Of a stretch of DNA of 64,000 bases, positions 1-10,094 are shown piece by piece. Origin of the DNA: Halarcobacter sp. Lineage in GTDB: Bacteria > Campylobacterota > Campylobacteria > Campylobacterales > Arcobacteraceae. Position 1 is the first letter of the stretch. Every line of letters starts with the position of its first letter. Position numbers and translations under genes: made by a program. The notes below the pieces were generated by a model, which was not told the DNA's origin, searched no databases, and saw only the letters and a list, made by a program, of their open reading frames with translations. The DNA is taken from positions 3,200,001 through 3,264,000 of the forward strand of contig OY781089.1 of NCBI GenBank assembly GCA_963676565.1, written 5' to 3'.

Positions 1-1308
1 CATATCTGTATTTTTAGTAGATAAATTAAATGATTCACTTTCTTGAAGAACATCATTATTAGTACCAGTAAAATCACTTTCGTCAACTGTATAAGCTCTT
101 AATCCAGATATTTCAGAAATTGTATCGGCTAAACCTCTATATGTAGCAATCCTACTTGCTGCAATATCTGCATTAATTGTTAATGAACTACTATATGAAG
201 CTTCTGATATTGTAGTTGGAGAAATACCTAACTCAACTGTTGTTGCAGTTGTTGAAAGTGTACCACCATAAGTTGAATTTAGTGCAGTATTAGATGAAAT
301 TGCATCAGCTAAACCTTGAACTATTTCTGCAACAGTTGCATTTTCATCAGAAATATAAGATACTGTTTCACCATCAATAGTTAACTCATATTTTGCATTA
401 TTTTCAGCTGTATCTATGCTAATTTGGTCATTTGTACCTGCATTATTCGCTAATGACATTGAACCACTATCTGTAGATGTATCTAAAAAACTTTCTTTAA
501 ACTCATCTGTTGCAACTGTTGCTACATAATTTTGTGAATACTTATTTCCATTTATATAAACATAAACCTGATCACCATCTTTTGATATTAAAGCATCATT
601 TCCAGATTTAAAGTTTATTTGTGAGACTTGAGCAGTTGAACTTGCACTTCCACCATCTGGCTCATCTTGTAATTTTGACAACCAAGAAGCATAGTTTGAA
701 ACAAGTGCTTCAACATCTGCAATTTTTGCAGATTTACTTTTTGCACCAGCCCCTTCAAAAATTACACTTGAATCTGCTTTTGCTGTAGCTGTATAATCTG
801 TAGCTTTTGCTGTAATAGTTTCCACATAAGTTGAGTGACTTACAACTTTTGATGTTAATAATTTAGTATAATCATTTGTAAACATATCAACATTAGGATT
901 TGTACTTACTACATCTTGGCCAGGATCAAGTGCTCGCATAGCCCATCCTTGAACCTCATTTCCAGCTGCATCTTGTAAGGTACCATTATCACCCATTCTA
1001 AGATTTCCTGCTCTAGTATACATGTTTTCACCAGAAACACTATTTTTAACAGTAAAAAATCCATCTCCACTAAGAGCCATATCATAATCAACTCCAGTTA
1101 GTTTCAGATTTCCTTGTACATATAATTTTTCTGCATCAAGTATTTTAGACCCTTTACCAATTCTATCTTGGTACATTTGGTCTGCAAAAGATATCCTAGA
1201 TGCCTTATAACCTACTGTATTTACGTTTGCTATATTGTGTGACTCATTATCTAACGCCGTTTGATGAGACGAAAGTCCTGAGATTCCTGTCCATAATGCT
1301 CCGATCAT
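1..1308 (-). CDS. flgE: Flagellar hook protein FlgE-family paralog 2 (partial, 3' end runs off the window)
   Basis: Not in the ORF track because it has no stop in the window. Manual translation from ATG 1308 gives MIGALWTGISGLSSHQTALDNESHNIANVNTVGYK...GDGFF...YTRAGN, the hook/rod N-terminal motifs. SD AAAGGA upstream; frame open to base 1. Confidence 0.88.
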   Translation of the reverse strand, partial: MIGALWTGISGLSSHQTALDNESHNIANVNTVGYKASRISFADQMYQDRIGKGSKILDAEKLYVQGNLKLTGVDYDMALSGDGFFTVKNSVSGENMYTRAGNLRMGDNGTLQDAAGNEVQGWAMRALDPGQDVVSTNPNVDMFTNDYTKLLTSKVVSHSTYVETITAKATDYTATAKADSSVIFEGAGAKSKSAKIADVEALVSNYASWLSKLQDEPDGGSASSTAQVSQINFKSGNDALISKDGDQVYVYINGNKYSQNYVATVATDEFKESFLDTSTDSGSMSLANNAGTNDQISIDTAENNAKYELTIDGETVSYISDENATVAEIVQGLADAISSNTALNSTYGGTLSTTATTVELGISPTTISEASYSSSLTINADIAASRIATYRGLADTISEISGLRAYTVDESDFTGTNNDVLQESESFNLSTKNTDM

Positions 1309-1346
1309 GATTTATCCTTTTAGATAAATTTTCAAACACTTTCACA

Positions 1347-1398
1347 TGTTCAAATATTAATGCTCTCTAATAAATGTTTAAGCACTAATATTTAAACA
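1347..1398 (-). other. 18-bp intergenic RNA hairpin between the two flgE genes
   Basis: Arms 1347-1364 and 1381-1398 pair fully on the minus strand with two G-U pairs. Confidence 0.6.
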
Positions 1399-1411
1399 AT
1401 TAAGATGAAAA

Positions 1412-2857
1412 CTATTTTTTCATCTCAATTGCAGTTCTTAAAAACTCATCTGATGTAGTTACTGATTTTGAACTAGCTTCAAATGCTCTTTGATATACCA
1501 TCAAATCAACTAAACTTTCACTAAAATTTGTATTACTTAATTCTATTGACCCACCAGTTAATGTATTTAAATTATCAGCATTATAAGGATTTCCTGTATC
1601 TTTACCAATTGTATATAATGTTTCACCTTTTGGTTCTAAAGATTCAGGGTTTTGAAATGTAACAGTTTCTAATTTTCCAATCAAAAATTTGTTATCTTGA
1701 TCTTTTGCATAGATAAGACCATCTTCAATAGATAATAGTCCAAATACATTTTCAGATATATTCAAATCATCAAGTTTTAATTGAAGTTCCCCTATTCCTG
1801 CAAGTGTAGGACCAGCATCATTAATTGTATTAGTTACCTCTAAAAACTCTCCTCCAGCAGTAACAATTGCATCTCTTAAAGCATCCCTTACACTATTAAC
1901 AGCTGCATATCCTGTCCCAGAAACTGGTGAAACAATTTCATTTATACCATAACCATTTGAATTAATTGCAGCACCTGTTATTCTGTTATCTCGACCAGGG
2001 ATCAAAGAACTTATTGTTAGAAGCCCAGTGTTATCAACAGTTGCACTCATACCAGCTACATTTGAAATCTTATCAGCAAATAGATTCATAGTTGTTTGAG
2101 CATCTGTTTCAAAAGGTTGTTTTATTGAATCGTTATTAATATAAATTTCAATATATCCACTTGTTAATTCTGTAGAAAAATCTGAAAAGCTAACTTGTGT
2201 AACTTGAGAAGTTGAAGCAGTACCATCTACAGGATTTGCGGAATATAAATCTAATTGAACATTATATTCTGCAGATAATTCTCTTATGTCATTTAATAAA
2301 GCACTTGAACTTTTAAAACCTTGTCCACTGATTCCTGTATCAACTGCGGTTAATGTATAATCTGTAGCTTTTGCATTAATAGTTCTTGAAAAGCCAACTC
2401 CATTGATTGGTTCTGTTGCAATAAATTCTGTGTAGTTATTATTGTAAGTTTGAGTACCATCAGTACTTACTATACTAGAAAAAGTTGTAGGACTTCCATA
2501 AATTTTATCACCATAAGCAGTTTGCAAAGTTCCATCAGTTCCCATTTTGAAGTTACCTGCTCTAGTGTATAAGGTTTCCCCTGTTTTTACATCATTTACA
2601 ATAAAAAAACCTTGTCCATCAATTGCTACATCAAGTGTGTTATTGGTTACTTTTAAATTTCCTTGTTCAAAGTTTTTCTCTACATTTTGAATTTTAACAC
2701 CATTACCATATCTTGATTGATACATCAAATCTTCAAAAGATACATCATCTTTTTTATGGGCAATTGTATTTGAGTTTGTAACATTATTAGACTGAGTATT
2801 TAATGCTCTTTCAAAAGTATTTAACCCCGTAACACCATTCCATAATCCACTAATCAT
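1412..2857 (-). CDS. flgE: Flagellar hook protein FlgE-family paralog 1
   Basis: N-terminal SNNVTNSNT, LDVAIDGQGFF, YTRAGNF, C-terminal ELSNTN...LMVYQRAFEASSK; directly follows flgD. Confidence 0.9.
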   Translation of the reverse strand: MISGLWNGVTGLNTFERALNTQSNNVTNSNTIAHKKDDVSFEDLMYQSRYGNGVKIQNVEKNFEQGNLKVTNNTLDVAIDGQGFFIVNDVKTGETLYTRAGNFKMGTDGTLQTAYGDKIYGSPTTFSSIVSTDGTQTYNNNYTEFIATEPINGVGFSRTINAKATDYTLTAVDTGISGQGFKSSSALLNDIRELSAEYNVQLDLYSANPVDGTASTSQVTQVSFSDFSTELTSGYIEIYINNDSIKQPFETDAQTTMNLFADKISNVAGMSATVDNTGLLTISSLIPGRDNRITGAAINSNGYGINEIVSPVSGTGYAAVNSVRDALRDAIVTAGGEFLEVTNTINDAGPTLAGIGELQLKLDDLNISENVFGLLSIEDGLIYAKDQDNKFLIGKLETVTFQNPESLEPKGETLYTIGKDTGNPYNADNLNTLTGGSIELSNTNFSESLVDLMVYQRAFEASSKSVTTSDEFLRTAIEMKK

Positions 2858-2866
2858 ATTAAGCCT

Positions 2867-3538
2867 TTAAAATATTCTAGTGATTGCACTAAAAGGAATC
2901 GAAGTTAACTGATCTGAATAGATAGGCATAACACTTCCATCCACTGTATATCCTGAATCTTCAATTATTTCATTATTTTCATCTAATATTACAGGATTAC
3001 CTTTTTCATCAATTATTACTTTTCCAGGATCTTCTAGAGCAACTTTTTTTCCGGTAGCTTTACCATCTTCATCTAATATTTCACCTTTTATATTATAAAA
3101 AACGTAATCACCATCTTTATCTCTTACTTGATCTTCAATATATAATATTTGTTGGGCATTAACTGTAACTTCACCATCTTGACTTTCAACAGATCTAACC
3201 GTATAAGCTTTGTTAACTCCATTTTCACCAATATTACCATCTTCAATATTCTGACCAATTACATTTGAAGCATTGGCAAGAGCAGATTGAGAAAAAGTAC
3301 TCACTAAGGCTTCCATAGTCTCTATTGTCTTTAGATTTGTATTGATTGTAGACATCTGCATTTGTGTATCCATCATTCTTTGTGAATCCATTGGAGCAGT
3401 TGGGTCTTGAAGTTTTAATTCAGTTAACATCAACTGTAAAAAATCTTCAGTTGTTAACTGATCATTACTAACAGAAGTTGTATAGGTACTTCCATCTACA
3501 CCTGTTGCTGACTTAACTGTAACATTATCTACTGACAT
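2867..3538 (-). CDS. flgD: Flagellar hook capping protein FlgD
   Basis: DFLQLMLTELKLQDPTAPMD motif. Confidence 0.92.
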   Translation of the reverse strand: MSVDNVTVKSATGVDGSTYTTSVSNDQLTTEDFLQLMLTELKLQDPTAPMDSQRMMDTQMQMSTINTNLKTIETMEALVSTFSQSALANASNVIGQNIEDGNIGENGVNKAYTVRSVESQDGEVTVNAQQILYIEDQVRDKDGDYVFYNIKGEILDEDGKATGKKVALEDPGKVIIDEKGNPVILDENNEIIEDSGYTVDGSVMPIYSDQLTSIPFSAITRIF

Positions 3539-3546
3539 ATTAACTC

Positions 3547-3840
3547 CTAACTCATGTTTTCTTCAAAGAAATATCTTACTACATTATCTGAGTCCATGGC
3601 CTCTTGAACTCTTACAGCAAGTTTTTCATCAATTACTATGATATCACCTGTTCCTATAATTCTTTTGTTGACATAGATATCTCCACCAGAACCAGCTGGT
3701 TTGTCAAGGGATAATATATCGCCAGAGCTTAACTCCAAGAACTCCTTGATTGTTATATTTGCACTTCCAAGCATCACATCAACAATAATCTCAGTATCAA
3801 CTAATAAATCATAATCTCTTTCAGTAATTTCCATAGGCAC
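3547..3840 (-). CDS. fliN: Flagellar motor switch protein FliN (SpoA domain)
   Basis: LG-x-ANITIKEFLELSSGDILSLDK...IGTGDIIVIDEKLAVRV. Start may be ATG 3834. Confidence 0.85.
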   Translation of the reverse strand: MPMEITERDYDLLVDTEIIVDVMLGSANITIKEFLELSSGDILSLDKPAGSGGDIYVNKRIIGTGDIIVIDEKLAVRVQEAMDSDNVVRYFFEENMS

Positions 3841-3860
3841 ACTTTTTTATATATTGCTAG

Positions 3861-3869
3861 ATTATACCA
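3861..3869 (-). promoter_or_regulatory. Extended -10 (TGGTATAAT) upstream of fliN-flgD-flgE-flgE
   Basis: Exact TGnTATAAT match in the fliH-fliN intergenic gap. Confidence 0.6.
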
Positions 3870-3923
3870 TAAAATTAGATTAATTTTGGTTATTTAAATA
3901 TTTTAATTATAAATTAGGAGATT

Positions 3924-4589
3924 TTAAACTATTACGTCCAAAGATTCAAGCATTGTACTAACCTTTGACTCAATATTCCCATCAAAGTTTCCAAGATCAC
4001 TTGCAATAACTACACCACCAGCAGTAACATTAGCATCCTCTACTAACTCAATATGATTTTCTAAATTTAATTGATTTTTTAATATTTCATAATCTTTTGG
4101 ATTTAAATGAATTCTAATCTTAGAAGCATTTTTTATCTTCTCAAATAGATGTGTTATAGTTTGTTTAGCAATATTAGCTGAGTTTTCACCAATTTCAATT
4201 GCGATAATTTTTTGTGCAATTGCAATTGAAGTTTTTAGAAGTTTTGTTTCCATCTGGAAAGTTGCTTGCTCAAAAAAGTTTGCATATTGTTTTAAGTCTT
4301 TTATAGCTTGAACAACTTGAGCATCAATATCTTTTTGTGTTAAACCATTTTGTTGAAGAAGTGTTACTTTTTGATTTAATTCTTGTATTTGAACGCTTAG
4401 ATTTTGTACCTCTTTTAATGTAGCTTCAGAAGATATTAAAGTTTGAGTATTTACAATCCCTGTATTAGGTGTTATATTGGTTTGTTTATCATCATTTCCA
4501 TCTTGAACAAAAGTACCTAATTGATAACTTTGTATATCATCATTGGAATTTACAATTTTTGCACTTGAATATACGTTATTTTTATCCAT
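3924..4589 (-). CDS. fliH: Flagellar assembly protein FliH
   Basis: IHLNPKDY and GGVVIASDLGNFDG motifs; follows fliG. Confidence 0.88.
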   Translation of the reverse strand: MDKNNVYSSAKIVNSNDDIQSYQLGTFVQDGNDDKQTNITPNTGIVNTQTLISSEATLKEVQNLSVQIQELNQKVTLLQQNGLTQKDIDAQVVQAIKDLKQYANFFEQATFQMETKLLKTSIAIAQKIIAIEIGENSANIAKQTITHLFEKIKNASKIRIHLNPKDYEILKNQLNLENHIELVEDANVTAGGVVIASDLGNFDGNIESKVSTMLESLDVIV

Positions 4590-4591
4590 TT

Positions 4592-5596
4592 TTATTCATC
4601 CATATCTCTATCAATTACACCCTCTTCTATCATTTTTTGGGCTACATCTAACATCTTTCTTTGAGCTGATTCAATATCTTTAATTTTGACTTTTGTTAAC
4701 ATCTCAAACTCTTCTTTAAATCTTTCACTTGCTCTTTGAGACATTGCACCTGTAATTTTTGTCATATCTTCATCAGTTGCATTTTTCATAGCAACTGCTA
4801 CATCAGCGGTATCAACATTTTGTAAAATTTTCATTATATATTCAGATTCTAAGTTTAATAAATCTTCAAATACAAACATATTTTCTTTAATTTTTGTTGC
4901 TAATGTTGTATCAACACCATTAATGTTTTTAAGGATATCTTGAGCTTTTGGTCCCATTCTATTTAACATATCTGCAACAACCTTAACCCCACCAACATCG
5001 ACAATAGATGACAACAATGATTCTAATTTTTTCTCTAAAACTAAAGAAATTGTTCTGACAACATCAGGAGAAACATCTTTAATTGTTGCCATTTGCATAG
5101 TTACTTTAACTTTTATATCCTCTTCAAGCTGTTGTAAAACTTCAGCGGCTTTAGGAGGTTCTAAGTGTGATAAAATAACTGCAATTGTTTGGGGAGATTC
5201 ATCTTTAATAAAGTCAGATAATTGCTTTGGATTAATCCCATCTAAATAAGCAAATGATTGAGCTGCAAGCTTCATTCTAGATAATTTTGCTAAAACTTCA
5301 TCTGCCTCATTTTTTCCTAATGATTTATATAAAATATCTTTAGCATAATCATATCCACCTGAACTAATAAATGCTTTTGATCTAGTAAATAAATGAAACT
5401 CTTCTAAGATAGCCAAAGAAGTTTCTTTATCAATAGAATTAATCATTGTAATATGTGTTGAGATATCTTCTACCATTTGTTTTGGTAGATGTTGAAAAAT
5501 TTTTACAGTTGACTCTTCCCCAATAAGAACACAAAAATGTGCTACTTTATCAAGCATCGCCATACCTTTTAATATCTCTTTTACACTTTCATCCAT
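4592..5596 (-). CDS. fliG: Flagellar motor switch protein FliG
   Basis: GGYDYA, ESPQTIAVILSHL, GGVKVVADMLN and MFVFEDL motifs. Confidence 0.96.
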   Translation of the reverse strand: MDESVKEILKGMAMLDKVAHFCVLIGEESTVKIFQHLPKQMVEDISTHITMINSIDKETSLAILEEFHLFTRSKAFISSGGYDYAKDILYKSLGKNEADEVLAKLSRMKLAAQSFAYLDGINPKQLSDFIKDESPQTIAVILSHLEPPKAAEVLQQLEEDIKVKVTMQMATIKDVSPDVVRTISLVLEKKLESLLSSIVDVGGVKVVADMLNRMGPKAQDILKNINGVDTTLATKIKENMFVFEDLLNLESEYIMKILQNVDTADVAVAMKNATDEDMTKITGAMSQRASERFKEEFEMLTKVKIKDIESAQRKMLDVAQKMIEEGVIDRDMDE

Positions 5597-5604
5597 TTTA
5601 AACC

Positions 5605-7341
5605 TTATTTAAACTTTCCACTACCCTCAGTTAATAGCAATTCTATCATTCTTGCTATCTCTTCTGGGTTACTATTTATCTCTTTATCTAAAGCCTCAAT
5701 CAACACTTCATATTTTGCAGCATTTTCTTCATCTAAACCTTCTAGATTATTCATGATTTGACTTTTTACTTTTGCTTTCAATCTACCTTGTGCAGTTGAA
5801 GCATCAAATTCATCCTCATAATTTGACATAAATTCATCCATAAATTTATCATCAATAGGATTTCCATCTTTATCTATTTTTTGAGGTTGTCCATTCTCAC
5901 CAATAACAACAACTTCGTGATTTACTATAAATTTCTTATAAAAAACAAAAAGTAAGATTGCTGCAATAAGATATTGAAAATATTCACTAAAATCTCTTAA
6001 AATTGATTTTACCATAGCCAAGGTATCTACAACATCGCCATCGGATGCACTACTTTGAACTGCATTTCCATTGACATCAACTTGTTGATTTCCTGTTGTT
6101 GCAGTATTCAAAAATTTAAAATCTCTTACTGTGATTTTATCACCTCTATTTTCATCAAAACCAATTGTATCTTGAACTACAGATTCAATTGAAGCTAAAA
6201 ACTCGTCTCTATTTTGCACATCAGCTAAAATTGATGAGTCAAAGGTAACTGCAGCTGTAACTCTTTTAACTTGTGAATAATTATTACTTTTTTCTTCAAT
6301 TAATTTTTTTGAAATTTCGTAATTAGTTATAGTTTTCGCACTCTCGTTATTTGATTGACTAGAATTATTTCCATTAGCACCATCTGGAGTTTGAATATTG
6401 TTTTCAACCCCCGCTGTTCCACCAGTTTGGGTACCATTACCAGAAGAACTTGCTGTACTTTCTGTTGTTTGTTGACTTCTAATTGTCCCTTCAGGTTCAT
6501 ATATCTCTTCTTGAATATGTCTTTTTTTAAATTCTAAATCTAAAGAAACCCTTGCAACGACTCTTCCTACACCAACAAAAGGTTCAAGTAATGCAACTAT
6601 TTTATCTTCATAATCCTCTTCAAGCTTTTGTTTATATTTATTTTGTGTAAGAGATTTTTGATTTTCCATATCATCTGAAGACATTTGAAGTAAAGCTCCA
6701 TCTTGATCAATCAATTGGATATTTTCAACTTTTAAATTTGATACAGCAGATGAAATGAAATTTTTAATCCCGTCAATTTGTTTTTGTGTTAAAAAAACAC
6801 CTGGTTTTAATGAAATAACAGCTGATGCAGTTGGATCAGTTTTTCTTTCTGTAAATATTGTTTCTTTTGGAATTGCGACTTTAACACTTGCTCTTAAAAT
6901 CCCAGATAAAGATTCCAAAGATCTTGATAATTCACCCTCAAGGGCTCTTAAATATTTAACTTTATTTTCAAAGTTTGTTGTTCCTAAAGAAGATTTTTCA
7001 AAAATCTCCCAACCTGCATGATTACTTGTAGCAGCTTCACTTGTAACAAGTTTTATTTTTGCAATATTTACAAAATCTTTAGATGTTTTTAATGTTAAAT
7101 TATCACCACTACCTATAACTGAAAACTGAATACCTGAAGCTTCTAACTCATTTGATGCTAACATAACTTGGTTTTTTGTTAAATTTGTTGCAATGGTGTA
7201 ATTTAATTTTTTATCTTGGGCTTTTATATTTGAGTAAACTAACAATCCAATTAAGAGTATAAATAATACTGAAAATCCTCCTATAATTACAGCTCTTTGG
7301 GCAGCATTTAGATTGTTAATAAACTTTAAAAGTTGATCCAT
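5605..7341 (-). CDS. fliF: Flagellar M-ring protein FliF
   Basis: Two TM segments, GWEIFE, RALEGELSRS, TASAVI motifs. Confidence 0.96.
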   Translation of the reverse strand: MDQLLKFINNLNAAQRAVIIGGFSVLFILLIGLLVYSNIKAQDKKLNYTIATNLTKNQVMLASNELEASGIQFSVIGSGDNLTLKTSKDFVNIAKIKLVTSEAATSNHAGWEIFEKSSLGTTNFENKVKYLRALEGELSRSLESLSGILRASVKVAIPKETIFTERKTDPTASAVISLKPGVFLTQKQIDGIKNFISSAVSNLKVENIQLIDQDGALLQMSSDDMENQKSLTQNKYKQKLEEDYEDKIVALLEPFVGVGRVVARVSLDLEFKKRHIQEEIYEPEGTIRSQQTTESTASSSGNGTQTGGTAGVENNIQTPDGANGNNSSQSNNESAKTITNYEISKKLIEEKSNNYSQVKRVTAAVTFDSSILADVQNRDEFLASIESVVQDTIGFDENRGDKITVRDFKFLNTATTGNQQVDVNGNAVQSSASDGDVVDTLAMVKSILRDFSEYFQYLIAAILLFVFYKKFIVNHEVVVIGENGQPQKIDKDGNPIDDKFMDEFMSNYEDEFDASTAQGRLKAKVKSQIMNNLEGLDEENAAKYEVLIEALDKEINSNPEEIARMIELLLTEGSGKFK

Positions 7342-7357
7342 ATATAAATTATCCTAA

Positions 7358-7765
7358 TTAATTTTTTTGTGATGATTCAATTACAGATCTGAACAATCTT
7401 GAATCCTTTGTAATAGATGATTGTAATGCATCGAAAATCATTTTATTTTTTGACATCTCACTCATTTGAGTATCTAAATTTACATTATTACCATCTGTTT
7501 GTTCTTCTAAACCTTTTACTTGCGTAAGTGTAGCTTGATTTTTGTTAGTAGTTTCATTAAATCCACTCATATGCATTGAATTTGTTTTTGACATTTGTAA
7601 GTCTTTACCCAAATCAACTTTTTGCAATTCATGTTCAAAAACTAAATCTTTTGTTTTATATCCAGGAGTATTTATATTCGCAATATTACTTGAAATTACT
7701 TTTTGTCTATCACTTCTAAAACTTAACTGATTAAAAAGTAAATCTGTTACTGTACTAGGTTTCAT
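7358..7765 (-). CDS. flgB: Flagellar basal-body rod protein FlgB
   Basis: RQKVISSNIANINTPGYK and DGNNVNLD. Confidence 0.95.
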   Translation of the reverse strand: MKPSTVTDLLFNQLSFRSDRQKVISSNIANINTPGYKTKDLVFEHELQKVDLGKDLQMSKTNSMHMSGFNETTNKNQATLTQVKGLEEQTDGNNVNLDTQMSEMSKNKMIFDALQSSITKDSRLFRSVIESSQKN

Positions 7766-8493
7766 TATTTAGTGTTACTTCCTATTTTTTCTATTAAGCT
7801 TCCATTTAACTCATCAATTGTTTTTACAGCTCTTTGTGCTTGATCAAACCGTCTATGAGCATCTATTAATTCTACCATTGTAGTTACACTATTAACATTT
7901 GATTTTTCAATCGATCCTTGTCTTAATTGTCCATCATTATTCTCAAAAACTTGAATAAAGGCTCCATTTTCTTTCTCTTTAAAATTATTGTCTTTAAACT
8001 TTTCTAATTCATTAAAATCAATTTTAGCAACTGAAATTTGATTAATAAAACCTTCCTCTTCAACTGCAATTGCTTCATTGTCAACACTTAAAACATATTG
8101 TCCATTAGAATCAACTAATAAACCTTCTGCATTAATTTTAAAAGCTCCATCTCTAGTGTAAACTATCTCTCCACTTTCATCTTGAATTCTAAAAAATGTA
8201 TCTGATTGACTTAATGAAAAATCTAAAGTATTACCTGTAGTTACAATTGCACCTTTTTCTTCATTTACAAATTTTGTATCCATTTTTGGTATTGTATTAG
8301 TAACTTCATTTATTTTTGTAGGGGCAAAGCCCTCATTTCTAGCTCTTTGTAAATAATAATTAAATGAACCTTCACTTGTACCCTCTTGCTTAAAACCATT
8401 TGTTGTACTATTTGCTAAATTATTAGAAATCATATCAATTCTATTGATTTGATTAATCATTGAAGCAGCTAGTGGGTAAGTACCTTGATTCAT
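7765..8493 (-). CDS. flgF: Flagellar basal-body rod protein, FlgF/FlgG2 family
   Basis: SNNLAN, YTRDGAF and IEKSNVNSVTTMVELI; 242 aa. Confidence 0.8.
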   Translation of the reverse strand: MNQGTYPLAASMINQINRIDMISNNLANSTTNGFKQEGTSEGSFNYYLQRARNEGFAPTKINEVTNTIPKMDTKFVNEEKGAIVTTGNTLDFSLSQSDTFFRIQDESGEIVYTRDGAFKINAEGLLVDSNGQYVLSVDNEAIAVEEEGFINQISVAKIDFNELEKFKDNNFKEKENGAFIQVFENNDGQLRQGSIEKSNVNSVTTMVELIDAHRRFDQAQRAVKTIDELNGSLIEKIGSNTK

Positions 8494-8505
8494 TTATTCT
8501 CCTTA

Positions 8506-9540
8506 TTATTTATTAAATTCAGCAATTAACGCTTCTAAATCGTCATCACCAACTAAATCATCATTTTTATCACCATGGATATGTTTAGCTATGGCAACCT
8601 CTTCTCTATTATTCTCATCTTCAAATAGATTGTTTAAATATGTTGATAGTTTTCTAATTACTGACATTACTCTTTCAATCTTTTGTCTGTTGATATCATG
8701 ATATTGCATTAATTCCATTGCTTGAAATATCTCTGTACTTCCATCATTTATTTTTTCATTTGCATCATTTATATATGCTGCCATTTGATTTGCTTGTTCT
8801 AAATTTTGTTGAAAAGCATTAATATTTGGAAACTTTTGACTCAAAGATGATAACATAGCTATTTGCTTTTCATTAAAGCCACTTAAAGCTTGTATATCAT
8901 TTTGAATTGCATTATTATAATCTAATATATTACTTAATACATCAAAGATTTTTGTTGCTTTCTCTTCTGAATCATTTGCAACGGCACTTAATTGGTTTAC
9001 AACTTTTGTATCCTCTTCAACAGGGAATGGAAATACTCCTGAATTTATCTTATAATCTAAATTATCTTCATCTTCTTCTTTTGAAGGAGTTTCCATTTGT
9101 GCTTGAATAGAAGGTGTTTCTTCACTAATGCCTTCAATTGAATTTAAAATATCATCAAAGTTTTCTTCAGGTGCTTGAGTAATTGATTCTTCTTTTATGT
9201 CCTCAACAATTTTGTCTTCAGAAATATCATCATTGTTATTGCCAATATCCAATTCTTTCAAAATATCGTCAATATTAGTTTCTTCTTGACTTGTACTCTC
9301 ATCTTCATTTTCAGAAGACTCTAAACTTGAAAGTATCTCATCTATGCTTTCATCTTTTGCAGCATCTGAGAAAACTGCCTCATTTGAAGCTTCTTCAGTT
9401 TCTTCTATTAATTTATTAATATCATCTTCGGACATACTTTCATGGGATTCAATCTCTTCATTAGTCTGTTCTTCTGATTCACCCTCATTGAAATCTAAGC
9501 CATTCATCAAAGATTCTATTTCTTCTTGACTCATACTCAT
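8506..9540 (-). CDS. cheZ: Chemotaxis phosphatase CheZ (Campylobacterota type) with long acidic N-terminal region
   Basis: Catalytic D-x3-Q motif in QYHDINRQKIERV; C-terminal amphipathic helix DDLEALIAEF; directly downstream of cheY. Confidence 0.8.
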   Translation of the reverse strand: MSMSQEEIESLMNGLDFNEGESEEQTNEEIESHESMSEDDINKLIEETEEASNEAVFSDAAKDESIDEILSSLESSENEDESTSQEETNIDDILKELDIGNNNDDISEDKIVEDIKEESITQAPEENFDDILNSIEGISEETPSIQAQMETPSKEEDEDNLDYKINSGVFPFPVEEDTKVVNQLSAVANDSEEKATKIFDVLSNILDYNNAIQNDIQALSGFNEKQIAMLSSLSQKFPNINAFQQNLEQANQMAAYINDANEKINDGSTEIFQAMELMQYHDINRQKIERVMSVIRKLSTYLNNLFEDENNREEVAIAKHIHGDKNDDLVGDDDLEALIAEFNK

Positions 9541-9566
9541 AACTACACCTCGTTAATTGAAATTAT

Positions 9567-9938
9567 TTATTTTTTTAAAACTCCGTCAAGTTTTTCTTTT
9601 AAAATTTGTGCATTAAATGGCTTAACAATATAATTATTTACCCCAGCTTTAAGTGCTGTGATAACCTCTCCTTTACCACCTTCAGTAGTAATCATAATAA
9701 TTGGAGTTTTCTGATGATTTCCCTCAGACCTAACTTTTTTAACTAAATCAAGTCCATTCATATTTGGCATGTTCCAGTCAGTTAAGATAATATCGTACTG
9801 TGTTTCAGTTAACAATTTCCATGCTTTAACACCATCTTCAGCTTCATCAAACTCTTCTTTTGAATAACCAAGTTGCATTACAACATTACCTATAATCCTT
9901 CTCATAGTGGAACTATCGTCAACTATTAAAATTCTCAT
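9567..9938 (-). CDS. cheY: Chemotaxis response regulator CheY
   Basis: Stand-alone receiver domain: VDDSSTMRRI, DWNMPNMNG, YIVKPF. Confidence 0.93.
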   Translation of the reverse strand: MRILIVDDSSTMRRIIGNVVMQLGYSKEEFDEAEDGVKAWKLLTETQYDIILTDWNMPNMNGLDLVKKVRSEGNHQKTPIIMITTEGGKGEVITALKAGVNNYIVKPFNAQILKEKLDGVLKK

Positions 9939-10094
9939 ATCTATACCTTTTTTTAAACTATTCTCAAAATCCCATTATTATATATTATTTGTTTTAAATT
10001 TACACTTAATATCATTCTTAATAAAATTATCATTTTATCTAATTTTAAAAATTCTTTAAATATAATCTAAGAAATTAGTAAAAAGGATAAAGCT

